Part shown: positions 1-9,612 of the stretch, in pieces
How positions within the stretch are numbered: position 1 is the first letter of the stretch
Layout: every line of letters starts with the position of its first letter
IMG/VR virus record: IMGVR_UViG_3300029305_011943
Reading direction: 5' to 3' (one strand)
DNA length: 64,000 nt
DNA from: an uncultured virus (IMG/VR IMGVR_UViG_3300029305_011943)
Taxonomy: Duplodnaviria > Heunggongvirae > Uroviricota > Caudoviricetes
The notes under the pieces: generated by a model
What the model saw: only the letters and a program-made list of their open reading frames with translations
What the model was told of the DNA's origin: nothing
Database searches by the model: none
Position numbers and translations under genes: made by a program

Positions 1-26
1 GCTTCACACCCCCTGTATATCGTAAT

Positions 27-308
27 TTACACCGTACTCAAGCACTCCACATACCATCTGCCGACCGAGCTTTTCTGGTATCGGTTTGCCCGCTCAAAGA
101 ACAGGTATTTTGTATCTCCCTTTATCACGACGGTATAGCAGTCAGTTGTACCGCTGTTGTGCTGTGTACCGGCAGGACGGAAATCCTTGACTGTCTCGAT
201 CTGAAATACTCTTCCGTCACTCCATGTGATTGCTTTCGGCTGCATATATCCGGTGGCATCCGTTTCAGAAGTTACCTTTACATAAACACGTTCTGTATGT
301 GATTTCAT
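27..308 (-). CDS. Small hypothetical protein, resembling those found beside clostridial LexA/UmuC-type cassettes
   Basis: 93-aa ORF (ITWSDGRVFQIETV...YLFFER...WYVE) directly downstream of the repressor, with GAGGGG upstream. Confidence 0.6.
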   Translation of the reverse strand: MKSHTERVYVKVTSETDATGYMQPKAITWSDGRVFQIETVKDFRPAGTQHNSGTTDCYTVVIKGDTKYLFFERANRYQKSSVGRWYVECLSTV

Positions 309-332
309 AGTCTTCGCCCCCTCAATGCTGTT

Positions 333-1247
333 TTATTCAGCTCTCAGACGCTTTTTGACCCTTTCGTATCTGACCATATCCTCATAGGATACTACGGCAT
401 CGGGGTCAAGCACGCCCAGCACTCTGCCGATGAGGTAAACATCATCATCGGCACCGAAGTGCATGAGCTTATATTTCTTGTTCAGTGATACCAGACCTCT
501 TTTTGTGAACTTCTTGATGTAGGTCTCGTTATGGAAGCTGAATGCACCGATCTCACCGTAGGATAGTTCAGAACTTTCGGACAGTCTCTGAACCATAACG
601 AGGTCGCCGCTATGGAAATCGGGCTCCATACTGTCACCGTTTACAGGAAATACACAGTCCATAAGCGGATGCAGCTTGTTCTTATACAGATGAATCGGCT
701 CTCCTTGATCCTCATACTCTGTTCCGGCATCAAAACCTGCGCAGAGTCCTTTGGTAAACATCGTCTCTTCCGAAATGCTGTTATACAGCTCCTGATCCTC
801 CACATCGCAAAGTTGACGCACCATAGAAGATACGACACTGCGGTGACCGGCTGAGAGCTGCTGAAAACCTTCCAGCAGGACATCCTCTTCAGATGATGTC
901 TTTTTCGTCATAGTAATGGTCTGCTTGGGTGTCTCCGGCTCTGGTTTCTTCATATCGAACAGCTCGTCAAGGCTGACACCCAGCACCTCACAGATCTTCG
1001 GCAGCAGAGCAATATCCGGGCGCGTTCTGCCGTTCTCCCAGTTGCTGACTGCATTTGATTTGATACCGACCTTTTCAGCAAGCTCCTTTTGTTCGATTTT
1101 CTTCTGCTCCCGGAAGAAACGAATCTGCCTGCAAAGAACCGGTATCTCCTTCCCCGCATCACTGTTTGTGGACTGTTCCTGCATACTTCGTCTGCCGGCA
1201 TACGGACGGTCGAGCCGTGCTTTTTTTTCATCGTTTTGCGCTGCCAT
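333..1247 (-). CDS. CI/LexA-like repressor: XRE HTH plus S24 peptidase domain
   Basis: HTH QKELAEKVGIKSNAVSNWENGRTRPD; S24 motifs VNGDSMEP and TYIKK; GAGGAG RBS. Confidence 0.9.
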   Translation of the reverse strand: MAAQNDEKKARLDRPYAGRRSMQEQSTNSDAGKEIPVLCRQIRFFREQKKIEQKELAEKVGIKSNAVSNWENGRTRPDIALLPKICEVLGVSLDELFDMKKPEPETPKQTITMTKKTSSEEDVLLEGFQQLSAGHRSVVSSMVRQLCDVEDQELYNSISEETMFTKGLCAGFDAGTEYEDQGEPIHLYKNKLHPLMDCVFPVNGDSMEPDFHSGDLVMVQRLSESSELSYGEIGAFSFHNETYIKKFTKRGLVSLNKKYKLMHFGADDDVYLIGRVLGVLDPDAVVSYEDMVRYERVKKRLRAE

Positions 1248-1390
1248 AAGTTACTCCTCTCATATATATGAAGCATCATAAAGCGAATCGCACAAATAAA
1301 AGGGCGTCATTTTATGCGATTTGCCGATTTTTCGTAGGCTGAATCACATCTCTTGTAACTTTCAGCCCATTTTGCATTGTTTCTGACTGT

Positions 1391-1419
1391 ATTATAACAC
1401 ATAGTTAGTGCTTTGTCAA
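1391..1419 (-). promoter_or_regulatory. sigmaA promoter driving the repressor gene
   Basis: Minus strand TTGACA-17 bp-TATAAT, perfect consensus. Confidence 0.85.
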
Positions 1420-1442
1420 GCCCTAAAATTTTCATTTTGCTC

Positions 1443-1471
1443 TTTACAAAGCACAAAGAATGTGTTATAAT
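1443..1471 (+). promoter_or_regulatory. sigmaA promoter driving the 766-aa protein
   Basis: TTTACA-17 bp-TATAAT; near-copy of the divergent promoter. Confidence 0.75.
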
Positions 1472-1680
1472 ACCAAGTAAAGATTTTCCCCGGAGAGATA
1501 CAACCGCTTCCGCCTTGTGGTGTGTGGCAGAAGCGATTGCCAACAGTCTCTTATGGAAAACCTTAGTCGCCACCGAACGTATTTGTTATGTGAGTCTGCG
1601 AAAATGGAAGTAATATCGCAGAAAATCGAGAAAAGAAAGACGTATTTTCCACTCTATTGACTTAATACAGGAGGAAATGA

Positions 1681-3981
1681 ATGGCATTTTGGTATAAGAA
1701 TTCAGATGGGCTGGGCATCAGCCCGGAAAACGGTGAGGTCGATATCGTCGAGGACTGGGAACTGGAGGATGTCGCTCCCGGTACTTATGAAACAGTATCT
1801 GAAATGGTAGCAGCACGCTGGGACGACTATCGTCGCACCCTGGCTAAAGCAATAGAATCCGGAGTGGTTTCAGTGGAACTGAAGCGGAAACATTTGTCTG
1901 GGGCTGCAAGCGTTGTGCTTTTCGGTATGGCACTGAAACGCATCGACTGTGCCTGTGCAGACGACAGCGACACCGGATTTTATCTGGACGTGATCGTCGT
2001 TGCCGACCTTGAGATCTCAGAACCGAACTATGACGCCGTTGAGAAGGAGCTTGAACGGGTTACAGCGATATCTTCTACCCGCAGTGAATACTATGATTAT
2101 CTCTGCAGCTGTTTCAGGACAACAGTAAAAAAGAAGCAGTGGTTCAGAATCCGTACCTGTGAGGACGCAAAGCATTTTCAGGAAGATGACGGCAACTGGT
2201 ATTGGTGTTCTGAGCCGGAAATATCCGTATACAAGCGAAAAGACAATCTCGACGGCATCAAGCTCACCGACTGCCTTGTTGGTGTAATGTCCCTGGAACA
2301 GATCGAAGAGGATGCCGAAAGACGGCTGATTCAGCATGATATGATGGGTTCTATCGCAAAGAAAGGCTTTGTGGATATGTGGGAGTATGCGGAAAAACTG
2401 GGAGCAGATATCCGCTACGCAAAGCTCAGCGTAAAAGGAAGGATCGCAAGCAAGCTATGTCTTCCCGGCAAAACCTCTCGTGTCTACGAGTATTACGGAG
2501 AGAAAAGACCCGTACCATGTGTAATCAGCGGACAGCTTATGCTGGAGGGAGTTGACACATTTTACGAGGCAGCAACGCAAAAAGACGATCTCAGCCTGCA
2601 GACACTCAGCAGATATCATAAAGTCACCCTGAGATTCAAGAAACCGACTATTTTGATAGATCCCATTGTTTGTGACACAGAATCCAAGGAGCAGAACGGA
2701 ATCTCTCACGAGTGTTTTCATATTGAAATACACCCTCGTTTCCTGCTTCTTCAGAATCATCAGAGAACCAGGTTTACAGCTTTGAATATGACGGAAGAAG
2801 ACTATGACGCATATGAAGAGGAACGGGAGAATTATGCAGAACTGGCGGCTACAGGCGGTCAGAGCAGTTCTTCCGGTCGGGAAGAGATCGACTGGGTGGA
2901 ATGGCAGGCTCGTATGGGAACGGTGCGCAGGCGGATGCCGAGGAGTATTGTACGGAAGAATTTGCAGGAGCTGTATGCGCACTATATCTCAGCAAACTCA
3001 TTGATGTCTGAGCGGGAGATCACCGAACACATTATAAATGACCTTGCACTTACATTCCATGTCAGCAAAGAAATGGCGAAGATACGCATGATAGAAGTCG
3101 GATTTGAAACAGCAAGAGGGGCAATGGTCTTTGTGGACGGAAGATATGCCCCTGCACACCGGACAAGCACCGGCTCACATCCCCGTAACATCTCTTATGT
3201 TATCAGTATGTTTGATGCTGCGAGGCTGTATGCCGAGGATGAACGATTCTATAATACGCTGCAAACAGGCAGATTTGTGTTTGTTGACAATTTCTTCTGT
3301 CTCGACAGTCCGAAGTATATCGAGATTCGTGACGGTGTAAAGCATCTGAATGAGTATGCCCTTAATAATGTTGACAAATGCTGTCTCAGCTTTCGGATTG
3401 ATTACAGAAGCAGAACAAGCTACTTTGATAAGACAGGGCTGCACAGTGATAATGTCGTTGTTGATCCTATTGCGAACGCACTGGCAAGCATTCCCATTGA
3501 ACTACTCATCGAATCTCAGGCGGACATAGATGAAAAATGTGCTGACCTCCCAAAAGCCTATGGAGATACACTTGTCTACCACCGTGAAAAGAGAAGTATG
3601 TCACAGGATGATCTGGCATGGGCTTTAGGAATCAAGCCGGATAGCCTGAGAGACTATGAACATAGCCGTATTTTTGAGCCGAGCAGAATCTTCTTCGCAA
3701 GTGTAGGAAGAATTCTGAAGCTTCCCGGTTTCTATACAAAGGATATGATGAACAAGGCAAACTGCTCGTTGGATTTTTCAAGGGAGCAATTAAAGCACCT
3801 CGATTTCATTGTTACATTCATGTATATGCGCTCTTTGGAAGAATGCAATGCGATGGCAGACCGTTTCAAGCTGCCGCCGCTTCTCGGTCGCAGTGATGAG
3901 GAAATTGCACAGGGGCGCAGGTTGCGCAACGGAAAGATTACGAGAAAACGCGAAAGCTCTGTTCAGTCAATGCAAATGTAA
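1681..3981 (+). CDS. Large ImmA/IrrE-like HExxH metallopeptidase fused to a C-terminal XRE HTH
   Basis: TILID...ISHECFH...EWQA motifs; LALTFHVSKEMAKIRMIEVG helix; C-terminal MSQDDLAWALGIKPDSLRDYE; GGAGG RBS. Confidence 0.7.
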   Translation: MAFWYKNSDGLGISPENGEVDIVEDWELEDVAPGTYETVSEMVAARWDDYRRTLAKAIESGVVSVELKRKHLSGAASVVLFGMALKRIDCACADDSDTGFYLDVIVVADLEISEPNYDAVEKELERVTAISSTRSEYYDYLCSCFRTTVKKKQWFRIRTCEDAKHFQEDDGNWYWCSEPEISVYKRKDNLDGIKLTDCLVGVMSLEQIEEDAERRLIQHDMMGSIAKKGFVDMWEYAEKLGADIRYAKLSVKGRIASKLCLPGKTSRVYEYYGEKRPVPCVISGQLMLEGVDTFYEAATQKDDLSLQTLSRYHKVTLRFKKPTILIDPIVCDTESKEQNGISHECFHIEIHPRFLLLQNHQRTRFTALNMTEEDYDAYEEERENYAELAATGGQSSSSGREEIDWVEWQARMGTVRRRMPRSIVRKNLQELYAHYISANSLMSEREITEHIINDLALTFHVSKEMAKIRMIEVGFETARGAMVFVDGRYAPAHRTSTGSHPRNISYVISMFDAARLYAEDERFYNTLQTGRFVFVDNFFCLDSPKYIEIRDGVKHLNEYALNNVDKCCLSFRIDYRSRTSYFDKTGLHSDNVVVDPIANALASIPIELLIESQADIDEKCADLPKAYGDTLVYHREKRSMSQDDLAWALGIKPDSLRDYEHSRIFEPSRIFFASVGRILKLPGFYTKDMMNKANCSLDFSREQLKHLDFIVTFMYMRSLEECNAMADRFKLPPLLGRSDEEIAQGRRLRNGKITRKRESSVQSMQM

Positions 3982-3999
3982 AACAGAATATCACAATAT

Positions 4000-4030
4000 G
4001 ACGGTTGGAGAAATCCAGCCGTCTTTTTTA
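4000..4030 (+). terminator. Rho-independent terminator
   Basis: GACGGTTGGA-gaaa-TCCAGCCGTC followed by a T-tract. Confidence 0.8.
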
Positions 4031-4031
4031 T

Positions 4032-4148
4032 TCCACCCCAATACGGGGTGGACATACGGGCATTAAGCATTAGATACACCCTCATTCGGGGTGGAAAATG
4101 GAGATTTCAAAAAATTTTTTTGGTTGTTCCACCCCGTTAGGGGGTGGA
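4032..4148. promoter_or_regulatory. Three palindromic operator-like sites, TCCACCCC-N5-GGGGTGGA
   Basis: Copies at 4032-4052, 4075-4095 (degenerate left arm) and 4128-4148; half-site near 4271. Confidence 0.7.
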
Positions 4149-4565
4149 ATTATAGTGTCGAAATTGATGCGTATTGCGGCGAATTTGTGCATACAGTACA
4201 TTGCGTATGACATCGTCCATCAGATACGCAGCGTTTTGCATAACAAAACGTCTGAAAATATCGAAAAACGTCCACCCCATTATGGTGCTGTAAACCTGCC
4301 TCAATATCTGTTACAATAAAGTCACAGTCAAGGACAGAGAGCTTCCAATGCTTCAGTCCAAGGCTCAAAGCAATATCTCTTTGCCGGATGCATACGGTAA
4401 GCGGATGTTCATACAGGCTACTACATCTTGTGAGGGCAAGCCATAGCTATACCCACAGATGCAAGATATAGCTGTATGAACTATCTCTCTGAGTGCATCC
4501 GGCTATTTCTATGCCGCGGCAGCCTGATAGCATACACACAATACTGTACCAAAGGAGCATTACTT

Positions 4566-4985
4566 ATGAATTATAAACTCGTCTACATCTGCTCGCCACT
4601 CCGTCCGATTCTGACAAATGAGCCGGAGCGTACTGAGGAGCTGAACACCAACATCAAGCTCGCCCGTGATGCCTGCACACTTGCCGTGTACCGTGGATTT
4701 CTCCCTGTCGCACCTCATCTGTATTTTCCGCAGTTTCTGAACGATGATGTGGCTGCGGAAAGAAACCTCGGCTTAGACATGGGAAAGGCACTGCTCAGAC
4801 AGTGTACGCAGCTTTGGATCATTAGCCCTCGGATCAGCGGTGGAATGTCCGCAGAGATCAAAGAAGCACAGAAGTGTGGAATCCCGGTTCTGGTTTTCAC
4901 TGCCGCAGGATTCAGGCAGTACAGAGGAAACGGTGATACGGCCGATAACTGTTATGCTGACACATTTGACGGTGTGATGGACTGA
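4566..4985 (+). CDS. DUF4406/DUF7768-like protein (nucleoside deoxyribosyltransferase-like fold)
   Basis: VYICSP...PVAPHLYFPQFL...ISGGMSAEI; AAGGAG RBS before ATG 4566. Confidence 0.7.
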   Translation: MNYKLVYICSPLRPILTNEPERTEELNTNIKLARDACTLAVYRGFLPVAPHLYFPQFLNDDVAAERNLGLDMGKALLRQCTQLWIISPRISGGMSAEIKEAQKCGIPVLVFTAAGFRQYRGNGDTADNCYADTFDGVMD

Positions 4986-4996
4986 AAGAAAGGTAT

Positions 4997-5743
4997 ATGA
5001 TTATGAAAGGTACAAGAAACAACCGTAGTGCAAAGGCTCTGGCACAGAGCAAAGAAACCGCTGCCAAGCAGGAGACCATGATTAACTTGAACGAGAAAAT
5101 GACGCTCCGTGAGCTGCTGACTCTCATCTCATCAACAAAGGGTCTGTCCATCCCAACGGCAAAGGCACTGAGAACGACCGACACCCCTGTCGCCGTTTAC
5201 AGCACCAACAACTTCAGCATCATGGTCTACGCCTGCGGCTTTGCTCTAGCGAAGTCCTACAAGAGAACAACAGTCGTGCGTGTTGATGACTGCCGGTATT
5301 ATAAATACCAGACTTTTCACGATAAGATCGCAGATACGAAGAAGTCTGCTACACCTTCTCATGTGGGCTTCGATGTGTTCCTTGATGCCGCATGGCCTGT
5401 AAGGATCATGCTGACTGCTGAGGATCAGCTTGAAGAAAACAACAATAAGGCTGCCCATAGAGCAATTACTGAACATCCTGCTATTGCTGCTGATGTGAAA
5501 GAATACAACAGATATGTTCACGGCGAATCAGTTGAGGACATGGTAATAAACGAGATCATGAAGGAGGAGATGCTCAGTACGTTGACGGACAAACAGAGAG
5601 AAGTATATGTTCTCTATTATGATGAGGGGTACACACTTCAAGAAATCGGAGAGATGCTCGGTGTCACATGGGTTTCAGTTAGAAATCGACTGGAAGGTGC
5701 GATAAAGAAGATTCGCAAGTATTATGCAGAGAACAGAAACTAA
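4997..5743 (+). CDS. Sigma70 region-4 domain protein, paralogue 1
   Basis: C-terminal LTDKQREVYVLYYDEGYTLQEIGEMLGVT. Confidence 0.8.
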   Translation: MIMKGTRNNRSAKALAQSKETAAKQETMINLNEKMTLRELLTLISSTKGLSIPTAKALRTTDTPVAVYSTNNFSIMVYACGFALAKSYKRTTVVRVDDCRYYKYQTFHDKIADTKKSATPSHVGFDVFLDAAWPVRIMLTAEDQLEENNNKAAHRAITEHPAIAADVKEYNRYVHGESVEDMVINEIMKEEMLSTLTDKQREVYVLYYDEGYTLQEIGEMLGVTWVSVRNRLEGAIKKIRKYYAENRN

Positions 5744-5982
5744 AACTGCAATCGCTTAAATGTTAAATCAGAAAATCACTCATTTGTTAGTCAGGGCGCG
5801 CACTGGCGGACAGATGCTCATAAAGGAATACAGAAACAGTCAGCACATGGATAAGACCTATGTTGCGGATAGGATAACTGTATCCTTTGGACATCTGCTG
5901 CCGGAGTGCGCCCTTTGGGGTGTAGCAGCGTAACTGTCTGGGCATCTGCCGCCCGATGCGTTCCTTACAGAAAGGAACTGTT

Positions 5983-6720
5983 ATGGAAAACATGAATATT
6001 GCTCAGAACACTGCCGCCGTGAACACGCTGCCGGAGATTACTGCACAGACCACACTCGGCGTGCTTTTAGAGATGCTCTGCCTTGAGGCCGGACAGAAGA
6101 AGCCCAACAAAACACCTACGCCTAAGAATCTGCGCATCACCGCCGTTCCCGTTGCAAAAATGCTGGATTGCATCGTATACGACAACGGATTCGCTTATTA
6201 TAATAATGGTTCACGACACTCGGTTCTCTGGCTTCCTTATTGCGTGAACTTCACATACTATTTCACTCCTCTGAGAGATGCTGAAAAGAATACCCTCAGC
6301 GAGACTTTTCCTCTTCCCGAAGGTCTGCTCGAATCAACAGCGTGGCCGGTTGTCGTAACACTGATCGCTGAACATCGTATCGAACACCATATGGATACCA
6401 ATGCAGGAATTGGTCATGAAGAAGTGAAAGAGATACCAGAAGAAGAGGAAGAACCAAATATTGAAGGCCGTGATAACCGCTGCTATGAGTTTATGTGGCA
6501 CGAGGAGCCTATAAATGTGAATCCGCTGGATGCTGTAATTCGCAGAGAGACACGAGAGGAAATACTCAACGATTTACCAGAAAAGCAGAGGGAAGCATTT
6601 ATCCTTTATCATAAATATGAATACACTCAAAGAGAAATTGCTGTGATGCTTGGCATTTCACAGAAAGCAGTTGATTATCGTTTGAGCAATGCATATGAGC
6701 GTATCAAAAAATTTATTTGA
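5983..6720 (+). CDS. Sigma70 region-4 domain protein, paralogue 2
   Basis: LPEKQREAFILYHKYEYTQREIAVMLGISQKAV; shares VY..GFA and AWPV with paralogue 1. Confidence 0.8.
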   Translation: MENMNIAQNTAAVNTLPEITAQTTLGVLLEMLCLEAGQKKPNKTPTPKNLRITAVPVAKMLDCIVYDNGFAYYNNGSRHSVLWLPYCVNFTYYFTPLRDAEKNTLSETFPLPEGLLESTAWPVVVTLIAEHRIEHHMDTNAGIGHEEVKEIPEEEEEPNIEGRDNRCYEFMWHEEPINVNPLDAVIRRETREEILNDLPEKQREAFILYHKYEYTQREIAVMLGISQKAVDYRLSNAYERIKKFI

Positions 6721-6736
6721 GAAATTTTCGTTTTTT

Positions 6737-6781
6737 GACTTCTCAAACGCCCTCTCCCAGACTATATAGTAGTGGCTCTTT
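6737..6781 (+). repeat. 45-bp repeat copy 1 (candidate phage-specific promoter)
   Basis: 41/45 identical to 19219-19263; contains the palindrome ACTATATAGT. Confidence 0.8.
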
Positions 6782-6866
6782 CAAAGCCCCCATCTAAAAC
6801 GGCTGCGGTAGCTACTGCAGCCGTTCCACTTTATACATTGGTCTATGACCACAGAAAGGAATGCCT

Positions 6867-7211
6867 ATGGAAAACAGAAGAAAACCGAAGTACCGTTATA
6901 ACGGAGCAGCTCGTCCAAATGCTGAGAAGGAGCTTGACAAGCTGAAGAAGCTCGAAGCCTGCTCGGACAAGCGTGCCGCAGGTATTGCACAGACAGTATC
7001 GAATATGTTCAAGTTCATGCTGCTTTCCGCAGCGATGCTTCCGAAGATGGAGCTGGATATCGGAATAATGCGTCTGAAGGTCGATGACAACGGCATTTTC
7101 TGCGGAGTCAGATTTCCTGATAGCAGAAGCCATGACCGCTGTGATGATGCCAGATGCAGGAATCATGAATATGACGATGATGAGGAGGGATTGATTTATG
7201 ACGGAGACTGA
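6867..7211 (+). CDS. Hypothetical protein
   Basis: ORF with AAGGA RBS, first gene of the replication operon. Confidence 0.6.
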   Translation: MENRRKPKYRYNGAARPNAEKELDKLKKLEACSDKRAAGIAQTVSNMFKFMLLSAAMLPKMELDIGIMRLKVDDNGIFCGVRFPDSRSHDRCDDARCRNHEYDDDEEGLIYDGD

Positions 7212-7689
7212 AAAGAAGCAAACAGTACCGGAGCCGATTCCGGTGGATGCAAAGAAACTGATTGATGCGCTTGGCACGATCTTCGGCGGCGTGATCCAGC
7301 TTCTGAAAGCAACTGAGCCGGGCATGGCACAGCAGCTTGCAGACATGGCGATCAACGGTGTGCCGAAGCCTGCGGCTGAGACGGACCCGGAAACGATCAA
7401 CCCGGACGAGTTTGAGGAGATCCTCTCGGCAGATGATCTTCCGTGGGACACCGAGCCGGAGGAAAAGCCGAAGGAGCAGCCGAAAAGGAAAGCCCCTGCT
7501 AAGAAACAGGAGCCTGCATCCGAGCTGACCGCCGATGACCTTATTAAGGTCGTGACCGGCAAGATCAAGCAGAACAGAGCCAATAAGGACAAGGTTCTCG
7601 CCCTGCTGAAATCGTATGGCGCAGCGAAAGTCAGCGACATTCCGCAGGACAAATATGAGGCATTTCTTACCGATGTGTCTCAGCTCTGA
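7198..7689 (+). CDS. Phage protein of the type usually found upstream of DUF2800
   Basis: C-terminal VLALLKSYGAAKVSDIPQDKYEAFL; position in the module. Confidence 0.75.
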   Translation: MTETEKKQTVPEPIPVDAKKLIDALGTIFGGVIQLLKATEPGMAQQLADMAINGVPKPAAETDPETINPDEFEEILSADDLPWDTEPEEKPKEQPKRKAPAKKQEPASELTADDLIKVVTGKIKQNRANKDKVLALLKSYGAAKVSDIPQDKYEAFLTDVSQL

Positions 7690-7703
7690 CCGGAGGTGAT
7701 CGG

Positions 7704-8954
7704 ATGCCGGATGTACACGCGCTTCTGAGCGCATCCAGTTCCAAGCAGTGGCTGCACTGTCCGCCTTCCGTCCGGTTGCAGGAGAACTTCCCGAACGAAA
7801 GCTCCGTCTATGCCGAAGAAGGTACATTCGCCCATGAGATCTGTGAGTACAAGGTCCGCAAATACCTGCATGAGCGCGTAAAACGTCCGCAGTCCGAGGA
7901 GTTCGATACTGAAGAAATAGAGCAGATCACGGATGTATATGCGGAATTCGTAATCACGATTATTGAGCAGATGCGGGAAAACGGTTGTGAACCGCTTGCA
8001 TTTGTGGAGGAGCGTGTCGATTACAGTCATATCGCTCCTTCCGGCTTCGGTACGGCGGATATGCTGATTATCGGTAAAGACGAGAACGGCAGAGGTCTGC
8101 TTCATGTATGTGATTTCAAGACGGGAAAAGGCGTGTTCGTGGACGCAGACCACAACAGCCAGATGATGCTGTACGCGCTCGGAGGTTTAGCCGCCTATGG
8201 CTTTTTGTACGATATCGAGATCGTTCGTATGAGCATCATCCAGCCCCGTCTTGATAATATCAGCACTTTTGAATGCAGCAGACAGGAGCTTGAGGACTGG
8301 GGCGAGAGCATCAAACCGACCGCTTTGCTTGCTTTCGAGGGCAAGGGCGAACAGCATCCCGGTGAATGGTGCCGCTTCTGCCGAGCAAAGCCTGTCTGCA
8401 AAGCCTGTGCCGATGAAGCGCTGGCGCTCTGCCGGGAGGAATTCCTTGACCTTGATGCGGGAGCATTCGATGACTCCGCTGAGGAAAGCGACATGACCGC
8501 CCCTTACGAAGCGGATACACAGACCGCCGTATTCAAGCAGCCGGGACTGATCCCCATAGCAGAACTGGCGGAAATACTGCCGACCCTGAACAGGATATCC
8601 TCTTGGATCGAGGCGGTATTCGCGTTCGTCTCCTCCGAGGCGATCAATCACGGCGTACCCATCCCTGGATATAAGGTGGTCGAGGGACGCAGCAAGCGTA
8701 TTTTCACAGACACCAAGGCGGTGGTCGATACTGCTGTGCAGAACGGCTACACCGACCTTTACAAGCAGACACTCATCACACTGACGGAATTTGAAAAGAT
8801 GATGGGCAAGAAAAAGTTCAATGAGCTGCTCGGTGCATATGTCGCCAAGCCGCCCGGAAAGCTGGCTCTCGTACCGGAAAGCGACCCGAGAGAGCCTGTC
8901 GATCTCACATCAGCCCCGGATCAGGAGTTTTCAGTGCTGCCTGACGAGGAATAA
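7704..8954 (+). CDS. DUF2800 family PD-(D/E)XK (Cas4-like) nuclease
   Basis: HALLSASSSKQWLHCPPS, FGTAD, DFKTGKG, NSQMMLYALG, WCRFC. Confidence 0.9.
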   Translation: MPDVHALLSASSSKQWLHCPPSVRLQENFPNESSVYAEEGTFAHEICEYKVRKYLHERVKRPQSEEFDTEEIEQITDVYAEFVITIIEQMRENGCEPLAFVEERVDYSHIAPSGFGTADMLIIGKDENGRGLLHVCDFKTGKGVFVDADHNSQMMLYALGGLAAYGFLYDIEIVRMSIIQPRLDNISTFECSRQELEDWGESIKPTALLAFEGKGEQHPGEWCRFCRAKPVCKACADEALALCREEFLDLDAGAFDDSAEESDMTAPYEADTQTAVFKQPGLIPIAELAEILPTLNRISSWIEAVFAFVSSEAINHGVPIPGYKVVEGRSKRIFTDTKAVVDTAVQNGYTDLYKQTLITLTEFEKMMGKKKFNELLGAYVAKPPGKLALVPESDPREPVDLTSAPDQEFSVLPDEE

Positions 8955-8980
8955 AAACTACATTTCAGGAGGAAAAAACA

Positions 8981-9562
8981 ATGGCAAACAACAATACAGC
9001 ACCCGCAACGAAGGTCATCGTGCCCTGCCGCATCTCTTTTGCAAACATCTGGGAGCCCAAGAGCATCAACGGCAGCGATGAAAAGTATTCCGTCTCCCTG
9101 CTCATCCCGAAGGATGACAAGGCCACCCTCGCCAAGATCAAGAAAGCGATCGAGGCTGCGAAGGAGGCCGCCAAGGAGAAGAAGTGGAGCGGCAAGATCC
9201 CCGCAAACCTCAAGCTGCCCATGCATGACGGCGATATCGACCGCCCCGATGATGAAAACTACGCAGGTCATTTCTTCTTCAATGCGACCAGTAAGGACGC
9301 ACCGCAGATCGTTGACCGTCATGTGCAGCCGATCCTCGATCCGATGGAATGCGGCAGCGGCGACTATTGCAATGTCTCTGTCAACTTCTACGGTTTCGCA
9401 GCATCCGGCAACAAGGGCATTGCGGCAGGACTCCAGAATATTCAGCTTGTCCGTCACGGTGAGCGTCTTGCCGGCAGACCGACTGCGGCATCCGACTTTG
9501 TTGAGGTCGAGGGCGATGATGCCGACGAGCTTGACGATGATGATATGGATTTTCTGAACTGA
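8981..9562 (+). CDS. DUF2815 family single-stranded DNA-binding protein
   Basis: RISFANIWEPKS, KYSVSLLIPK, GNKGIAAGLQNIQ, acidic C-terminal tail. Confidence 0.9.
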   Translation: MANNNTAPATKVIVPCRISFANIWEPKSINGSDEKYSVSLLIPKDDKATLAKIKKAIEAAKEAAKEKKWSGKIPANLKLPMHDGDIDRPDDENYAGHFFFNATSKDAPQIVDRHVQPILDPMECGSGDYCNVSVNFYGFAASGNKGIAAGLQNIQLVRHGERLAGRPTAASDFVEVEGDDADELDDDDMDFLN

Positions 9563-9612
9563 GACAAGGGAGGCGTGTCCTCCCTTTTACATACACAAGG
9601 TGGTGATCATTA

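Noticed and set aside
1574..1590. Possible LexA box (CGAACGTATTTGTT)
   Set aside because: Does not fit GAAC-N4-GTTC spacing.
7704..8954. Cas4 as evidence of a CRISPR-Cas system
   Set aside because: It is a DUF2800 nuclease in its usual SSB-PolA replication context.
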